Source: an uncultured Pseudomonadales bacterium (GTDB lineage: Bacteria > Patescibacteriota > Microgenomatia > UBA1400 > UBA12028). Taken from it: DNA of 64,000 bases. Positions 48,101-57,536 of the stretch are shown here, in pieces. The stretch lies in contig CAZWPK010000005.1 of the NCBI GenBank assembly GCA_964635905.1, positions 4,695-68,694 of the forward strand, written 5' to 3'. The notes beneath the pieces are model-generated. The model was not told the DNA's origin. It saw only the letters and a list, made by a program, of their open reading frames with translations, and did no database searches. The stretch's first letter is position 1. Each line of letters starts with the position of its first letter. The position numbers were made by a program, and so were the translations under genes.

Positions 48101-48193
48101 ACTCTTCTCCTTTTGTACTAATACCCCAAGTCGATAATTACAGTGGCGTACGGAGACTTCTTTTCTTCCTAGCGTGGAATAATAAAAAGAGAG

Positions 48194-48238
48194 GTGTTTC
48201 GTTCGGTGATATGTCGGGGGAACACAAACCGAACAAAG
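48194..48238. promoter_or_regulatory. Candidate SOS operator region: inverted CGAAC/GTTCG half-sites (GTTCGG...GGAAC...CCGAAC) in the lexA-uvrB divergent intergenic region
   Basis: gtgTTTCGTTCGGtg and ACCGAACAAAg are imperfect inverted copies, 20 bp apart. They contain the half-site used by Gram-positive/actinobacterial LexA boxes. Confidence 0.3.
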
Positions 48239-48387
48239 ATACCCTTTTCCGTAGTTAACCCACCATACCCAAAAATCCACCAAATGGTCAACTGGATCAA
48301 TATCAATCGATACCGATCACTCTTCTGTTTCTCTCTGGTGTGTGAAATGAAATTGGTTCAAAGACCGAAACGTGCGATAATAACCCG

Positions 48388-50505
48388 ATGCCAGCCTTTT
48401 CATTAGTGTCCCCCTACCAGCCCTTAGGAGATCAGCCAGCTTGTATTGACCAACTCGCAAGCGGGTTTGAACAAGGTAAAGATCATCAAGTCCTCTTAGG
48501 TGTAACTGGGAGTGGCAAGACATTTAGCATTGCCAGTGTGATCAATCGGATTCAAAAACCGACCTTGGTGATTGCCCATAATAAAACGCTTGCCGCACAA
48601 CTGTACCAGGAATTTCGTGATTTCTTTCCGCATAATGCGGTCAGTTATTTCGTGTCCTATTACGATTACTATCAGCCAGAGAGTTACATCCCTTCCACCG
48701 ATACCTATATTGAAAAAGAAACCCAAATTAATGATGAGATTGATAAGCTTCGGCTTGCCACCACTGCAAACCTCCTCACTCGACCCGACTGTATTGTTGT
48801 CGCCTCAGTGTCGTGTATCTACAACTTAGGCTCCCCCATTGAATACGGACGCTACATGCTCGAAATCATGGAGGGCGAACTCATCTCCCGACAATCCCTC
48901 TTGGGTCGATTTGTGGACCTGCAATATGAACGCAACGATCTTGACTTAGGTCGTGGAACATTTCGGGTTCGCGGAGAAACCATTCAAATCTGGCCAGCGT
49001 ACGAGGATACCGCACTTTCTATTGCACTCTTAGGCAATCAAATCGAAAAGATCACCCGCATTGATCCCTTAACGGGTCTAGCACTAGAGGGCTCCATTCA
49101 GGAACAAGAGCGGATGCTAACGTCGGAGAAGGGTAAACGCTATCTCCTCTATCCAGCCAAACATTACATGACCAATCCAACCACGCAAGCGGATGCCATT
49201 GATCAGATTGAGCAGGACCTAAAATCGCGTTGTGACGAATTGAAAGCCAAAGGGAAAGTCTTGGAGGCGTATCGCTTGGAACAAAAGGTCCACTATGACG
49301 TGGACATGATACGGGAGTTGGGATTCGTGAATGGAATTGAAAACTACTCCCGCTACTTTGATGGACGAAAACCTGGTGACCCTCCCTATTCTCTCGTCGA
49401 TTATTTTCATGAGAATGCTCGTCTATTTGGCGATGGTTCCTTTTTGACGGTGATTGATGAAAGTCACATCACCATCCCTCAAATTCGCGGGATGTATAAC
49501 GGGGACCAATCACGCAAAGGAACATTGATTGACTATGGATTTCGACTCCCCTCTGCGTTGGATAACCGACCGTTAAAGTTTGAAGAGTTTTTGCGCGTTG
49601 TGGATCAAACCATTTATGTCTCCGCTACGCCCAGCCCCTGGGAACTATCAATGAGCGACGGAAACGTAGCAGAACAATTGATTCGGCCAACGGGCCTTCT
49701 GGAGCCAACCATCGAGATTCGCCCATCCGAAGGACAGGTTGCTCATTTGCTGGAACAAATTATGATTCGCGTGGGAAGGAAACAACGCGTGCTTGTCACC
49801 ACGCTAACCAAGCGGATGGCAGAAGTTTTGACGGAGTATCTCAATGATGAAAAAAAGATTTCTGCAATCATCAATGACAAATCCATCGTGCTTCCCAAAG
49901 TTGCCTATTTGCATTCCGATATTGATACGCTAGATCGCTCCGATATCATCAATGACTTACGTTCCGGAGTCTACGATGTGCTGGTAGGAATTAACCTCCT
50001 TCGGGAAGGTCTGGACCTCCCTGAAGTCACGTTGGTTGCAATTTTAGATGCGGATAAAGAAGGTTTCTTACGCTCGGCATCCTCCCTGATTCAGATCATG
50101 GGACGTGCCGCACGGCATCATGAGGGTCACGTGATCTTGTACGCTGATCGCACCACCAAGTCCATGGAAGCAGCAATTGCAGAGGTGCAACGTCGCAAAG
50201 AGAAGCAAGAAGCATACAACATAGCGCACAATGTAACTCCGATGACGATCATTAAACCGATTCGTGAGGAATTAATAAAACGAGAAAAAAAGGAAGAAGA
50301 AAAACCTCTAACCAAGAAACAAAAACTCATTCAAGTCGATAAGAAAACGCGTATCGACATCGATCAGATTGATCCAGAAAGTCTGACTCCAGCCGATAAG
50401 CAAAAACTAATTAAACAACTCACGAAAAAAATGAATGAATCGGCAAAGACCTGGAATTTTGAATTAGCAGCAAAGCTACGAGACACGATCAGCACACTGC
50501 AATAG
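48388..50505 (+). CDS. uvrB: Excinuclease ABC subunit B
   Basis: Walker A GVTGSGKTF, UvrB helicase motifs, beta-hairpin region, C-terminal UVR domain (ELAAKLRDTISTLQ). Confidence 0.95.
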   Translation: MPAFSLVSPYQPLGDQPACIDQLASGFEQGKDHQVLLGVTGSGKTFSIASVINRIQKPTLVIAHNKTLAAQLYQEFRDFFPHNAVSYFVSYYDYYQPESYIPSTDTYIEKETQINDEIDKLRLATTANLLTRPDCIVVASVSCIYNLGSPIEYGRYMLEIMEGELISRQSLLGRFVDLQYERNDLDLGRGTFRVRGETIQIWPAYEDTALSIALLGNQIEKITRIDPLTGLALEGSIQEQERMLTSEKGKRYLLYPAKHYMTNPTTQADAIDQIEQDLKSRCDELKAKGKVLEAYRLEQKVHYDVDMIRELGFVNGIENYSRYFDGRKPGDPPYSLVDYFHENARLFGDGSFLTVIDESHITIPQIRGMYNGDQSRKGTLIDYGFRLPSALDNRPLKFEEFLRVVDQTIYVSATPSPWELSMSDGNVAEQLIRPTGLLEPTIEIRPSEGQVAHLLEQIMIRVGRKQRVLVTTLTKRMAEVLTEYLNDEKKISAIINDKSIVLPKVAYLHSDIDTLDRSDIINDLRSGVYDVLVGINLLREGLDLPEVTLVAILDADKEGFLRSASSLIQIMGRAARHHEGHVILYADRTTKSMEAAIAEVQRRKEKQEAYNIAHNVTPMTIIKPIREELIKREKKEEEKPLTKKQKLIQVDKKTRIDIDQIDPESLTPADKQKLIKQLTKKMNESAKTWNFELAAKLRDTISTLQ

Positions 50506-51522
50506 TTAGTTCTCACGGCCTTGAAGCAACATTTTGATTTCCGTTGCAAACTCTTGCAGGATTACTCGAAGCACAATATACGCCGGAATAATCAAAATTG
50601 CTCCCATAATACTTCCAAAACGGACACCGACTAGAATCAAAACGATGGAGGTGATTGGACTGATTCCCACCGCCTTTTTCATGATTTGAGGAACCACAAT
50701 GTTGTTCTCCACGAATTGAATGACAATGTATAGCACACCGACCACGGCACCCATTGTTGGGGAGATTGTGATTGCAGCAATCAAAATCGCGGGAATTGCC
50801 GACAACGTTGGACCCAAATTGGGCAGCATTTCCAAAAACCCAGCCAAAATTGCCAACGGAACAGCATACGGAATGCCAAGAATTGTCAGTCCAACATACG
50901 TGAGGATTCCGATGACAAACATCAAAATAATTTGTCCTCGTACCCATCCTCCTAAAGAATCTTCGATCCGATTCAGTAATCGTCGACCACGCTCTTCATG
51001 ATTATGGCGAAAAAGTACCGCTGAGTATCGGTACAGCTGATCACGCTCCAACAAAAAGTATAAGGACATGACTAAGACGGTAAAGATCGAGAAGATCAAC
51101 GAAAAAGTTGAGGTGACATAGGCAAACAGCGTCACCACTGAAGATCCATATTGGGAAATCAACGTAGAAATATTGGAGTATGAAAACTGAAATCCGGATA
51201 AATCCTGGAGCAGGGGTGATTTTGGAATATCAAACTGGACAAATAATCGGGTAGTTTGATCAATTAACGGCGGAATAATGGCAATGCCCGCAATGACTAA
51301 AAGCGCAATCAACACAATGTAGATAAACACAACCGCAATTTCTCTAGAGATTTTCAGCTTTTGTAGATTGGTGACTAAGGGATGCAGCGCGGTCATCAAC
51401 ACAAAGGACACCGAGAGCAAAACAATAATATCCGTTACTCTGGAAACGACATAAATTCCAAAGAGCAGGAGTAAGGTCGTTAAAATAGTTTTGATGGAGA
51501 TTTCAACACGGTGTGACGTCAT
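50506..51522 (-). CDS. AI-2E family transporter (UPF0118/PerM-like)
   Basis: Eight TM helices with PF01594-like conserved blocks (GGWVRGQIILMF, LEMLPNLGP). Confidence 0.75.
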   Translation of the reverse strand: MTSHRVEISIKTILTTLLLLFGIYVVSRVTDIIVLLSVSFVLMTALHPLVTNLQKLKISREIAVVFIYIVLIALLVIAGIAIIPPLIDQTTRLFVQFDIPKSPLLQDLSGFQFSYSNISTLISQYGSSVVTLFAYVTSTFSLIFSIFTVLVMSLYFLLERDQLYRYSAVLFRHNHEERGRRLLNRIEDSLGGWVRGQIILMFVIGILTYVGLTILGIPYAVPLAILAGFLEMLPNLGPTLSAIPAILIAAITISPTMGAVVGVLYIVIQFVENNIVVPQIMKKAVGISPITSIVLILVGVRFGSIMGAILIIPAYIVLRVILQEFATEIKMLLQGREN

Positions 51523-51528
51523 AGGTTT

Positions 51529-52548
51529 CTATCCATTCAGTATACCAGTCTTTTTCAGGTGAGCTAATACTTGATCTTTCGTTTGGCCACTTCCTGCGTC
51601 ATACCACTGTATTTGCTTTTCGCGTTTCCACCATGTCATTTGGCGCTTTGCATATTGAACTTCATGCTTGGTCCAGAGCTCCGTGAGTTGATCTACTGAC
51701 AATTCTTCCTGTAAATACCTGGCAATTTCACCATACCCTAACGCTGACTTTGCTTCTGGTTTCCAATCTGGATACAGTCGCACTAACTGTGTGTATTCAT
51801 CGACTGCTCCTGCTTGAATCCGAGCACACACTCTAGCCTTGATACGTTCTTCTAAAAGCGACTTCTCCATTGAAAGTCCAATCCAGAGCGACGCAGTACT
51901 CTCAAAGATAGGATCAAAAACGGCACGTTCTGCTTGATGTGCTGGTATCCATCCATCTCGTAGTTTTTTAGCAATTTCAGTTTCAATCGCCCGAACTAAC
52001 CGACGCGGATTCTGCTTGTCGGAAGGATTCATTTTAAAGAAGCGCCGGGGAGCAATTCTCGATAGACGCTCCTGCAACTGAGAGACTGTTAGAATCCCCA
52101 GTTCTTCACGAAGTTCTTGATTAGGGGCGATCATCGCAGTCTGTTCAGACTTAAATAAGGCTAATGTATATAACGGAGTTCCTCCGACAATAATCAGGAG
52201 TCTATCGTCGTCACGACTGATTTTTTTCACGCTGGCAGCATAGGCTAAAAAATTTGCAAGTGACCAGGACCTGTTGGGTTCCACCAAATTGAGTCCAAAC
52301 AAACGAATCCCATCGTGTTTATAGTGCGGAAGGCTTTTGGATGAAAACGAAAACGCTTTTGGGATGTCTTTTCCGGTGACGATATCTTGGCCGGTATACA
52401 CTTGCTTGGAATCTACGACCAAAATGTCGACGCCAGTAGTGTGCGTCAACGCTGGTAATGCTGTTGCCAAGAACAACGATAGATCCGTTTTTCCTGATGC
52501 GGTCGGACCGACAATCACAATTGGAGTAGCTTGATCCATAGTGTGCAC
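51529..52548 (-). CDS. miaA: tRNA dimethylallyltransferase
   Basis: P-loop IVIVGPTASGKT and DSKQVYTGQDIVTGK (cf. DSMQVYRGMDIGTAK). Confidence 0.8.
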   Translation of the reverse strand: MHTMDQATPIVIVGPTASGKTDLSLFLATALPALTHTTGVDILVVDSKQVYTGQDIVTGKDIPKAFSFSSKSLPHYKHDGIRLFGLNLVEPNRSWSLANFLAYAASVKKISRDDDRLLIIVGGTPLYTLALFKSEQTAMIAPNQELREELGILTVSQLQERLSRIAPRRFFKMNPSDKQNPRRLVRAIETEIAKKLRDGWIPAHQAERAVFDPIFESTASLWIGLSMEKSLLEERIKARVCARIQAGAVDEYTQLVRLYPDWKPEAKSALGYGEIARYLQEELSVDQLTELWTKHEVQYAKRQMTWWKREKQIQWYDAGSGQTKDQVLAHLKKTGILNG

Positions 52549-53703
52549 TTAAACAACTTTTGGTCGAACCTTAAGGTTATCCTTGTTGATGATCTTATCC
52601 AGAATTTCCCAGCGTCGTTTTTTTTCTGCATGGGAAAGAGTATCGGGATACAGCTTAAAGCTTGCTGTTCCCGGACGGGGTGAGTACATCGCGACAAAAC
52701 CTACTTTCCAATCCATTTCTTTTGAGAATTCAACGGTTTCCAAAAATTCTTCTTCCGTCTCTCCTCCAAAGCCGACTATAAGATCCGTTCCTATTACCAC
52801 ATCTGGAACCGCATCCCGAAGTTTGCGAACGAGCTCGCGGTAGTGTTCTTTGGTATACCCACGGTTCATCCGGTACAGCACCGCATTACTTCCGGATTGC
52901 AGTGGCAAATGGACAAAACGATCTAATTTGGGATTGGTGGCTATTTCTTGAATAAGCGCATCATGGAAATCCCAGGGATTACTGGTTAAAAAGCGAATCT
53001 TTTTGATTTGCGAATAGGCTGACACCGCTTGGAGTAGTTTCACAAAGGGTGGAATTCCCGAGGGTGTTTCATACTGGGTTTTGTTATCCGGGATTTCCTC
53101 GCGTGACAATTCTCGCTCTTGGCGCATGAGCATTTTTCGAAGCCCGATCCCCTCTTTTTCGAGTCCCCAAGAATTGACATTCTGTCCCAGAAGCGTGATC
53201 TCATCATAGCCTTGGGACACCAAATGTTCGACTTCCGTAATGATATCTTCCAATTTTCGCGATTGTTCTGTTCCTCGAGAATAGGGGACAATACAATACG
53301 TACAAAAGGAATTGCAGCCAGCACTAATCGGGATCCACGCGTGCGTTTTGTCTTTCCGAACCACCGCACTGTTAAACCCAACTTCGTTGATCGGCAGAAT
53401 TTCATCCACCATGGGGAGTATTTCGTACAGCTTGTTATTCCCGTGATGGGTCATGCAACCCGTTAAAATAATCTTGGGTTTAGGTAATCCTAGCGTTTGA
53501 AAATGAGTCACCACGTTATACAAGAAGCCTCGAGCACGATCTTCGGCGGACTGTCGGATGGCACAGGTGTTCACCACGATTTCATCGGCATCACGCCAAT
53601 CGGTGGCTTCTGTAAAGCCTCGAGATTCATAATCCCCAGCAATGCGCTCGGAATCCGACTTATTGGACTGACATCCAAAGGTATGGATAAAATACGTGGA
53701 CAT
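52549..53703 (-). CDS. miaB: Radical-SAM methylthiotransferase (MiaB-like), apparently lacking a full C-terminal TRAM domain
   Basis: MTTase N-domain (FGCQSNKSDSE...NTCAIR), radical-SAM CxxxCxxC (AGCNSFCTYC). It ends ~30 aa after the radical-SAM core and is adjacent to miaA. Confidence 0.8.
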   Translation of the reverse strand: MSTYFIHTFGCQSNKSDSERIAGDYESRGFTEATDWRDADEIVVNTCAIRQSAEDRARGFLYNVVTHFQTLGLPKPKIILTGCMTHHGNNKLYEILPMVDEILPINEVGFNSAVVRKDKTHAWIPISAGCNSFCTYCIVPYSRGTEQSRKLEDIITEVEHLVSQGYDEITLLGQNVNSWGLEKEGIGLRKMLMRQERELSREEIPDNKTQYETPSGIPPFVKLLQAVSAYSQIKKIRFLTSNPWDFHDALIQEIATNPKLDRFVHLPLQSGSNAVLYRMNRGYTKEHYRELVRKLRDAVPDVVIGTDLIVGFGGETEEEFLETVEFSKEMDWKVGFVAMYSPRPGTASFKLYPDTLSHAEKKRRWEILDKIINKDNLKVRPKVV

Positions 53704-53748
53704 CTATGTATTTTACCAGGTACGCCCATTTTCACAGAATCAAGTCTG

Positions 53749-54105
53749 CTACGAACTGTCTCGTGCAGCGTTTCTAAATGTAAGCCCCGCATGATTGATC
53801 ACTGCAATCATCTCGTAAGACAGACCCTTTTTCTCTAATTCTCGATCATTGAGTGCATAAAGCTTTATTAGAGTCATCTTTGGATGTTGATCCAACCAGT
53901 CTAAAACATCTCTAATATTAGTCAATGATAAATCTTTCCCACGTGCCAGCTGCATACCCGATCGAGAAAGATAGTCTTTAAAAGCTACCATGTCGGTCGG
54001 AATAACTTTAGGAGCAGTCTGCTGAGTTGCCAAGATCTCTGCACTCCGTTCAGCAAGGTTCTTTCCTGGGCTCACTTGAAAACCTTTCAAAAGTTCATCC
54101 GTCAT
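53749..54105 (-). CDS. Hypothetical protein (118 aa)
   Basis: Co-directional ORF between the ABC permease gene and miaB. No recognisable motif. Confidence 0.4.
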   Translation of the reverse strand: MTDELLKGFQVSPGKNLAERSAEILATQQTAPKVIPTDMVAFKDYLSRSGMQLARGKDLSLTNIRDVLDWLDQHPKMTLIKLYALNDRELEKKGLSYEMIAVINHAGLTFRNAARDSS

Positions 54106-54185
54106 AAAATCTCCTCTAATGCAACGTACTCTATCAAATAGAAGACACTTTTCAAGTAAGAAGCCATGTTCAAAATTAAAACCTT

Positions 54186-55400
54186 CTACTCGTAGCGAAG
54201 AGCTTCAATCGGGGAGAGCTTGCTTGCTTGGCGAGCTGGGATAACCCCAAAGATGATCCCCACCGCTGCAGACACTCCAAAGGCAATCCCAACCGCTTCA
54301 ACGGTGATTTGGGTTGGAATAAAGCGATTGATAGCTAGCGACAGCAAGAACGCCAAACCTGTCCCAATCATTCCACCGATCACCGAAAGGGTTGCAGCTT
54401 CTATTAAGAATTGCGTGAGAATGATTGATGGGGTCGCTCCCAAAGCCTTGCGCAACCCAATCTCTCGGGTGCGTTCAATCACCGAGACCAGCATGATATT
54501 TAAAATTCCAATACCACCAACGACTAAGGAAATTGCAGCAATTCCACCTAACCCAGCAGTCAAGGCGCCCAAGACTTGATTAATGGTTTCTAATATCTGG
54601 GATTGTTCGACCACAGAGAATTCATCCTCTTTAAATCGAGTCAGCATGTAGGTTTCAATATCTTTTTTGGCATCATCAATTGATTCTCTGGATACCGCAG
54701 CTGCGGTAATCTGCGTAATGGAAGTCGCACCGAACATTTTCATCACGGTTTCGACTGGAACGTAGACATAGGTATCAAAGGAAGGGCCACCAAAACCGCC
54801 CCCACGTTCTTTGGCTACTCCGACAACTCGATAGGTTTGACTTCCAATGGAAATCTTCTTTCCAACTGGATCTACTTCATTAAATAATTCTTCCGCAGTT
54901 TTGGAACCCAAGACCGCGACACGAGTATTGGAATTAAACTCGGAAGCAGAGAAAAATCGTCCTTTATCCACTCCAGTGTCCGTAATTCGGGCATATTCAG
55001 CATTCGTGCCATAGATGATCACCGTCTTACTTTTATCCTTGTACGAGACTTTTAGACTGGCAGTGTATTCCGGAGCAACCGCCGAAATATGTTCTCGCAA
55101 TTTCCCAATTTCATTGACATCACGCAGTTTAAATTGGGTGGTAAGAAGCGCAGTGGCTTGGCTTTCCGCATTAAAACCCCCGCCCTCGCCAAAGATATCT
55201 CCAGGGATGACATAGATATTGGTTGCACCAAACGAGTTGAACTGATTTTCAATGTAGGCTTGAAGTCCATTACCAATGGAGGTAAGTAAAATCACCGAGC
55301 CTACTCCAATAATGACTCCGAGCATGGTTAAAAAAGAGCGTGTCTTATTGGTAATAATTGCTGCGATCGCAATACGGATCGCATTTAAAAACGACTGCAT
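54186..55400 (-). CDS. ABC transporter permease, FtsX/MacB-type
   Basis: N-terminal TM, large extracytoplasmic domain, C-terminal 3-TM FtsX domain (GLRKALGAT...IEAATLS). Confidence 0.8.
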   Translation of the reverse strand: MQSFLNAIRIAIAAIITNKTRSFLTMLGVIIGVGSVILLTSIGNGLQAYIENQFNSFGATNIYVIPGDIFGEGGGFNAESQATALLTTQFKLRDVNEIGKLREHISAVAPEYTASLKVSYKDKSKTVIIYGTNAEYARITDTGVDKGRFFSASEFNSNTRVAVLGSKTAEELFNEVDPVGKKISIGSQTYRVVGVAKERGGGFGGPSFDTYVYVPVETVMKMFGATSITQITAAAVSRESIDDAKKDIETYMLTRFKEDEFSVVEQSQILETINQVLGALTAGLGGIAAISLVVGGIGILNIMLVSVIERTREIGLRKALGATPSIILTQFLIEAATLSVIGGMIGTGLAFLLSLAINRFIPTQITVEAVGIAFGVSAAVGIIFGVIPARQASKLSPIEALRYE

Positions 55401-55402
55401 AG

Positions 55403-56086
55403 TTATTTTTTCTTTGAATCGGACAAAATTTGTCCATCGCGTACCCTGATTTGACGTTTGGCATGCTGGGCTACTTCTTTTTCGTGGGTAACGAGAACGA
55501 TTGTCTTTCCCTCTTTATGGAGCTGTTCGAAGAGTCGCATCACCTCTTCACCCGACTTACTATCTAAATTTCCCGTTGGTTCATCGGCAAAGACAATGGA
55601 GGGTTGATTGACTAAAGCTCGGGCAATTGCCACCCGTTGTTGCTGACCACCAGAGAGCTGCGCCCGAGTATTATTTAAGCGGTCTCCTAACCCGACTTGC
55701 TGTAACAGTGCAGTTGCCATTTTCTTGCGCTCCTGTGCCGGAAGATTTGCATAGATCAGCGGCAATTCCACGTTTTGGAGTGCGCTGGCTTTCCCTAATA
55801 AATTAAATTGTTGAAAGACAAACCCAATTTCAGAGTTGCGAAGTTTCGCCAACTGCGGCTCCGAATACCGCTCCACACTTTTCTCTTTTAAAAAGATTTT
55901 TCCACTTGTCGGAGTGTCGAGCAAACTCATGACCTGCAGAAGTGTCGATTTTCCAGATCCCGATGGTCCCATGATCGACACATACTCACCCGCGGCGATT
56001 GTTAGGCTGACGTCGTTTAACGCATGAATTTCTTGATCACCTACGTTGTAGGTCTTCACGACGTGTTCAAGTTTTAAAAGTTCCAT
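55403..56086 (-). CDS. ABC transporter ATP-binding protein (MacB/LolD-like)
   Basis: Walker A GPSGSGKST, signature LSGGQQQRVAIARAL, Walker B IVFADEPTGNLD. Start MELLKLEHV is 5 nt from the upstream stop. Confidence 0.9.
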   Translation of the reverse strand: MELLKLEHVVKTYNVGDQEIHALNDVSLTIAAGEYVSIMGPSGSGKSTLLQVMSLLDTPTSGKIFLKEKSVERYSEPQLAKLRNSEIGFVFQQFNLLGKASALQNVELPLIYANLPAQERKKMATALLQQVGLGDRLNNTRAQLSGGQQQRVAIARALVNQPSIVFADEPTGNLDSKSGEEVMRLFEQLHKEGKTIVLVTHEKEVAQHAKRQIRVRDGQILSDSKKK

Positions 56087-56090
56087 AACC

Positions 56091-57122
56091 TTAGTTGGGA
56101 AGGATGACTTCATCTCCAAGTGACAGTCCTTCAAGCACCTCAATCTGGTCTTCCCCTTCGATGCCCAGTTGTACTTCGCGTCCGATCGTTTTTTGGGGAT
56201 TGCTTGGATCTTTCACCATCACGATTGATTTTTCAGAGCGCATGGAGACTGCCTCGATTGGAACCAGAAGCGTATCCTCATGCTGTTCCAGGATCAAACT
56301 AACAGTTCCATTCAAACCCAGTCGTAAGAATTGAAGGTCACTAATTGGAAAACGAATGCGGATAGGAAAGACAGTCCCTCCACTCGATCGTCGCGATTGT
56401 TCGGCCTTTACAGCAATGTAGTCAATGACCGATTCCACCGGTTGATCGGGATAGGCATCCAAGACTATTCGAACTGGCGTCCCGGCATGAATGCGTCCGA
56501 TATCGATCTCATCTACTTCTGCTTCAAAAATTAAGGTCGATGGATCCACAATTTCAAACGCATCTGTCGCCGTTACTTGAACTCCAGCAACTGAGATTGG
56601 TAAGGAGGTGATAACCCCATCGATGGGCGAATACAGAGTAGCATTCCGAAGAGCTAAATCTTTCAGCTCGACAGCAATGACGCTGTTGTTTAACGACAGT
56701 TGAGATTTTTGGGCAAGTCGCAAAACTTCATCATTTTTTACCAGATCCTTTCGATCATCGGTATCTTGCTCAAAGTCTAAACGCTCACTCATGTAATCAT
56801 TCAAGGAAGCCTGTAGATTTTTTTGCAAATCCCGCACATCCATTGTTGCTAAAGCTTGTGACTTTTTGACGTGTTGACCTTCTTTTACCGGGAGAGAAAC
56901 TATCTTTCCTCCTGCCAGGAACCGCAGACTGGCTTTTTTATCCGCATCCACAACACCGGGAACATTGATCACTTCCTCGATCCGCCCTTTTTCTACCTTG
57001 GCTGTTGTCAACGGTTTGTTTGAACTCGCACGCGACCGGACCACTAAAAATCCTGCCACCACAACAAGTACCAGAATACCAATTAGCCATCGTTTGGAGA
57101 TACGCGAAAGAAGTGCTTTCAT
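56091..57122 (-). CDS. Periplasmic adaptor / membrane-fusion protein (HlyD/MacA family)
   Basis: N-terminal TM anchor, biotinyl-lipoyl-like and beta-barrel MFP domains. First gene of a MacAB-like operon. Confidence 0.8.
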   Translation of the reverse strand: MKALLSRISKRWLIGILVLVVVAGFLVVRSRASSNKPLTTAKVEKGRIEEVINVPGVVDADKKASLRFLAGGKIVSLPVKEGQHVKKSQALATMDVRDLQKNLQASLNDYMSERLDFEQDTDDRKDLVKNDEVLRLAQKSQLSLNNSVIAVELKDLALRNATLYSPIDGVITSLPISVAGVQVTATDAFEIVDPSTLIFEAEVDEIDIGRIHAGTPVRIVLDAYPDQPVESVIDYIAVKAEQSRRSSGGTVFPIRIRFPISDLQFLRLGLNGTVSLILEQHEDTLLVPIEAVSMRSEKSIVMVKDPSNPQKTIGREVQLGIEGEDQIEVLEGLSLGDEVILPN

Positions 57123-57211
57123 AGAATGAAGTAATAGTATAGTCTTTTTACTCTTAAAAAACAGCTACTTGCAACAAGAATTTAACTTTGTTTACAATGG
57201 CTGCTTGATCT

Positions 57212-57517
57212 ATGACAAAATACACAAAATATTATCAACAAATGTGGGACCTCCACAAAAACATCCTTTCCACCTTTCAGGAAGTGCATGATCAATATCA
57301 ACAACAACCGAAAGAAAAGAAACTCAAAGAGAGCTTTGATACCATTGGAAAACAAGCCCGAGAAGTCATGGAAGATTGGGACAAACGACTCTGTATGCAA
57401 ATGGAAAAGGGATACAACGGGGTATTTTCCTCCAAAGTAAGCGAAAAGTTTTGGACTGAAATTAAAAAAGATTTTCCGCTCGTTGATCTAGTGGGGGTTG
57501 AAGTAAGCTATGTCTAG
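57212..57517 (+). CDS. Hypothetical protein (101 aa), lone plus-strand gene in a minus-strand block
   Basis: ORF only. Confidence 0.4.
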   Translation: MTKYTKYYQQMWDLHKNILSTFQEVHDQYQQQPKEKKLKESFDTIGKQAREVMEDWDKRLCMQMEKGYNGVFSSKVSEKFWTEIKKDFPLVDLVGVEVSYV

Positions 57518-57536
57518 TTTGCTCGTCTAATCCGTC

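Noticed and set aside
50513-50947. 144-aa minus-strand ORF in an alternative frame of the AI-2E transporter gene
   Set aside because: It shares the strand but is out of frame with a well-supported multi-TM transporter; the translation is Gly/Cys/Asn-rich and non-protein-like.
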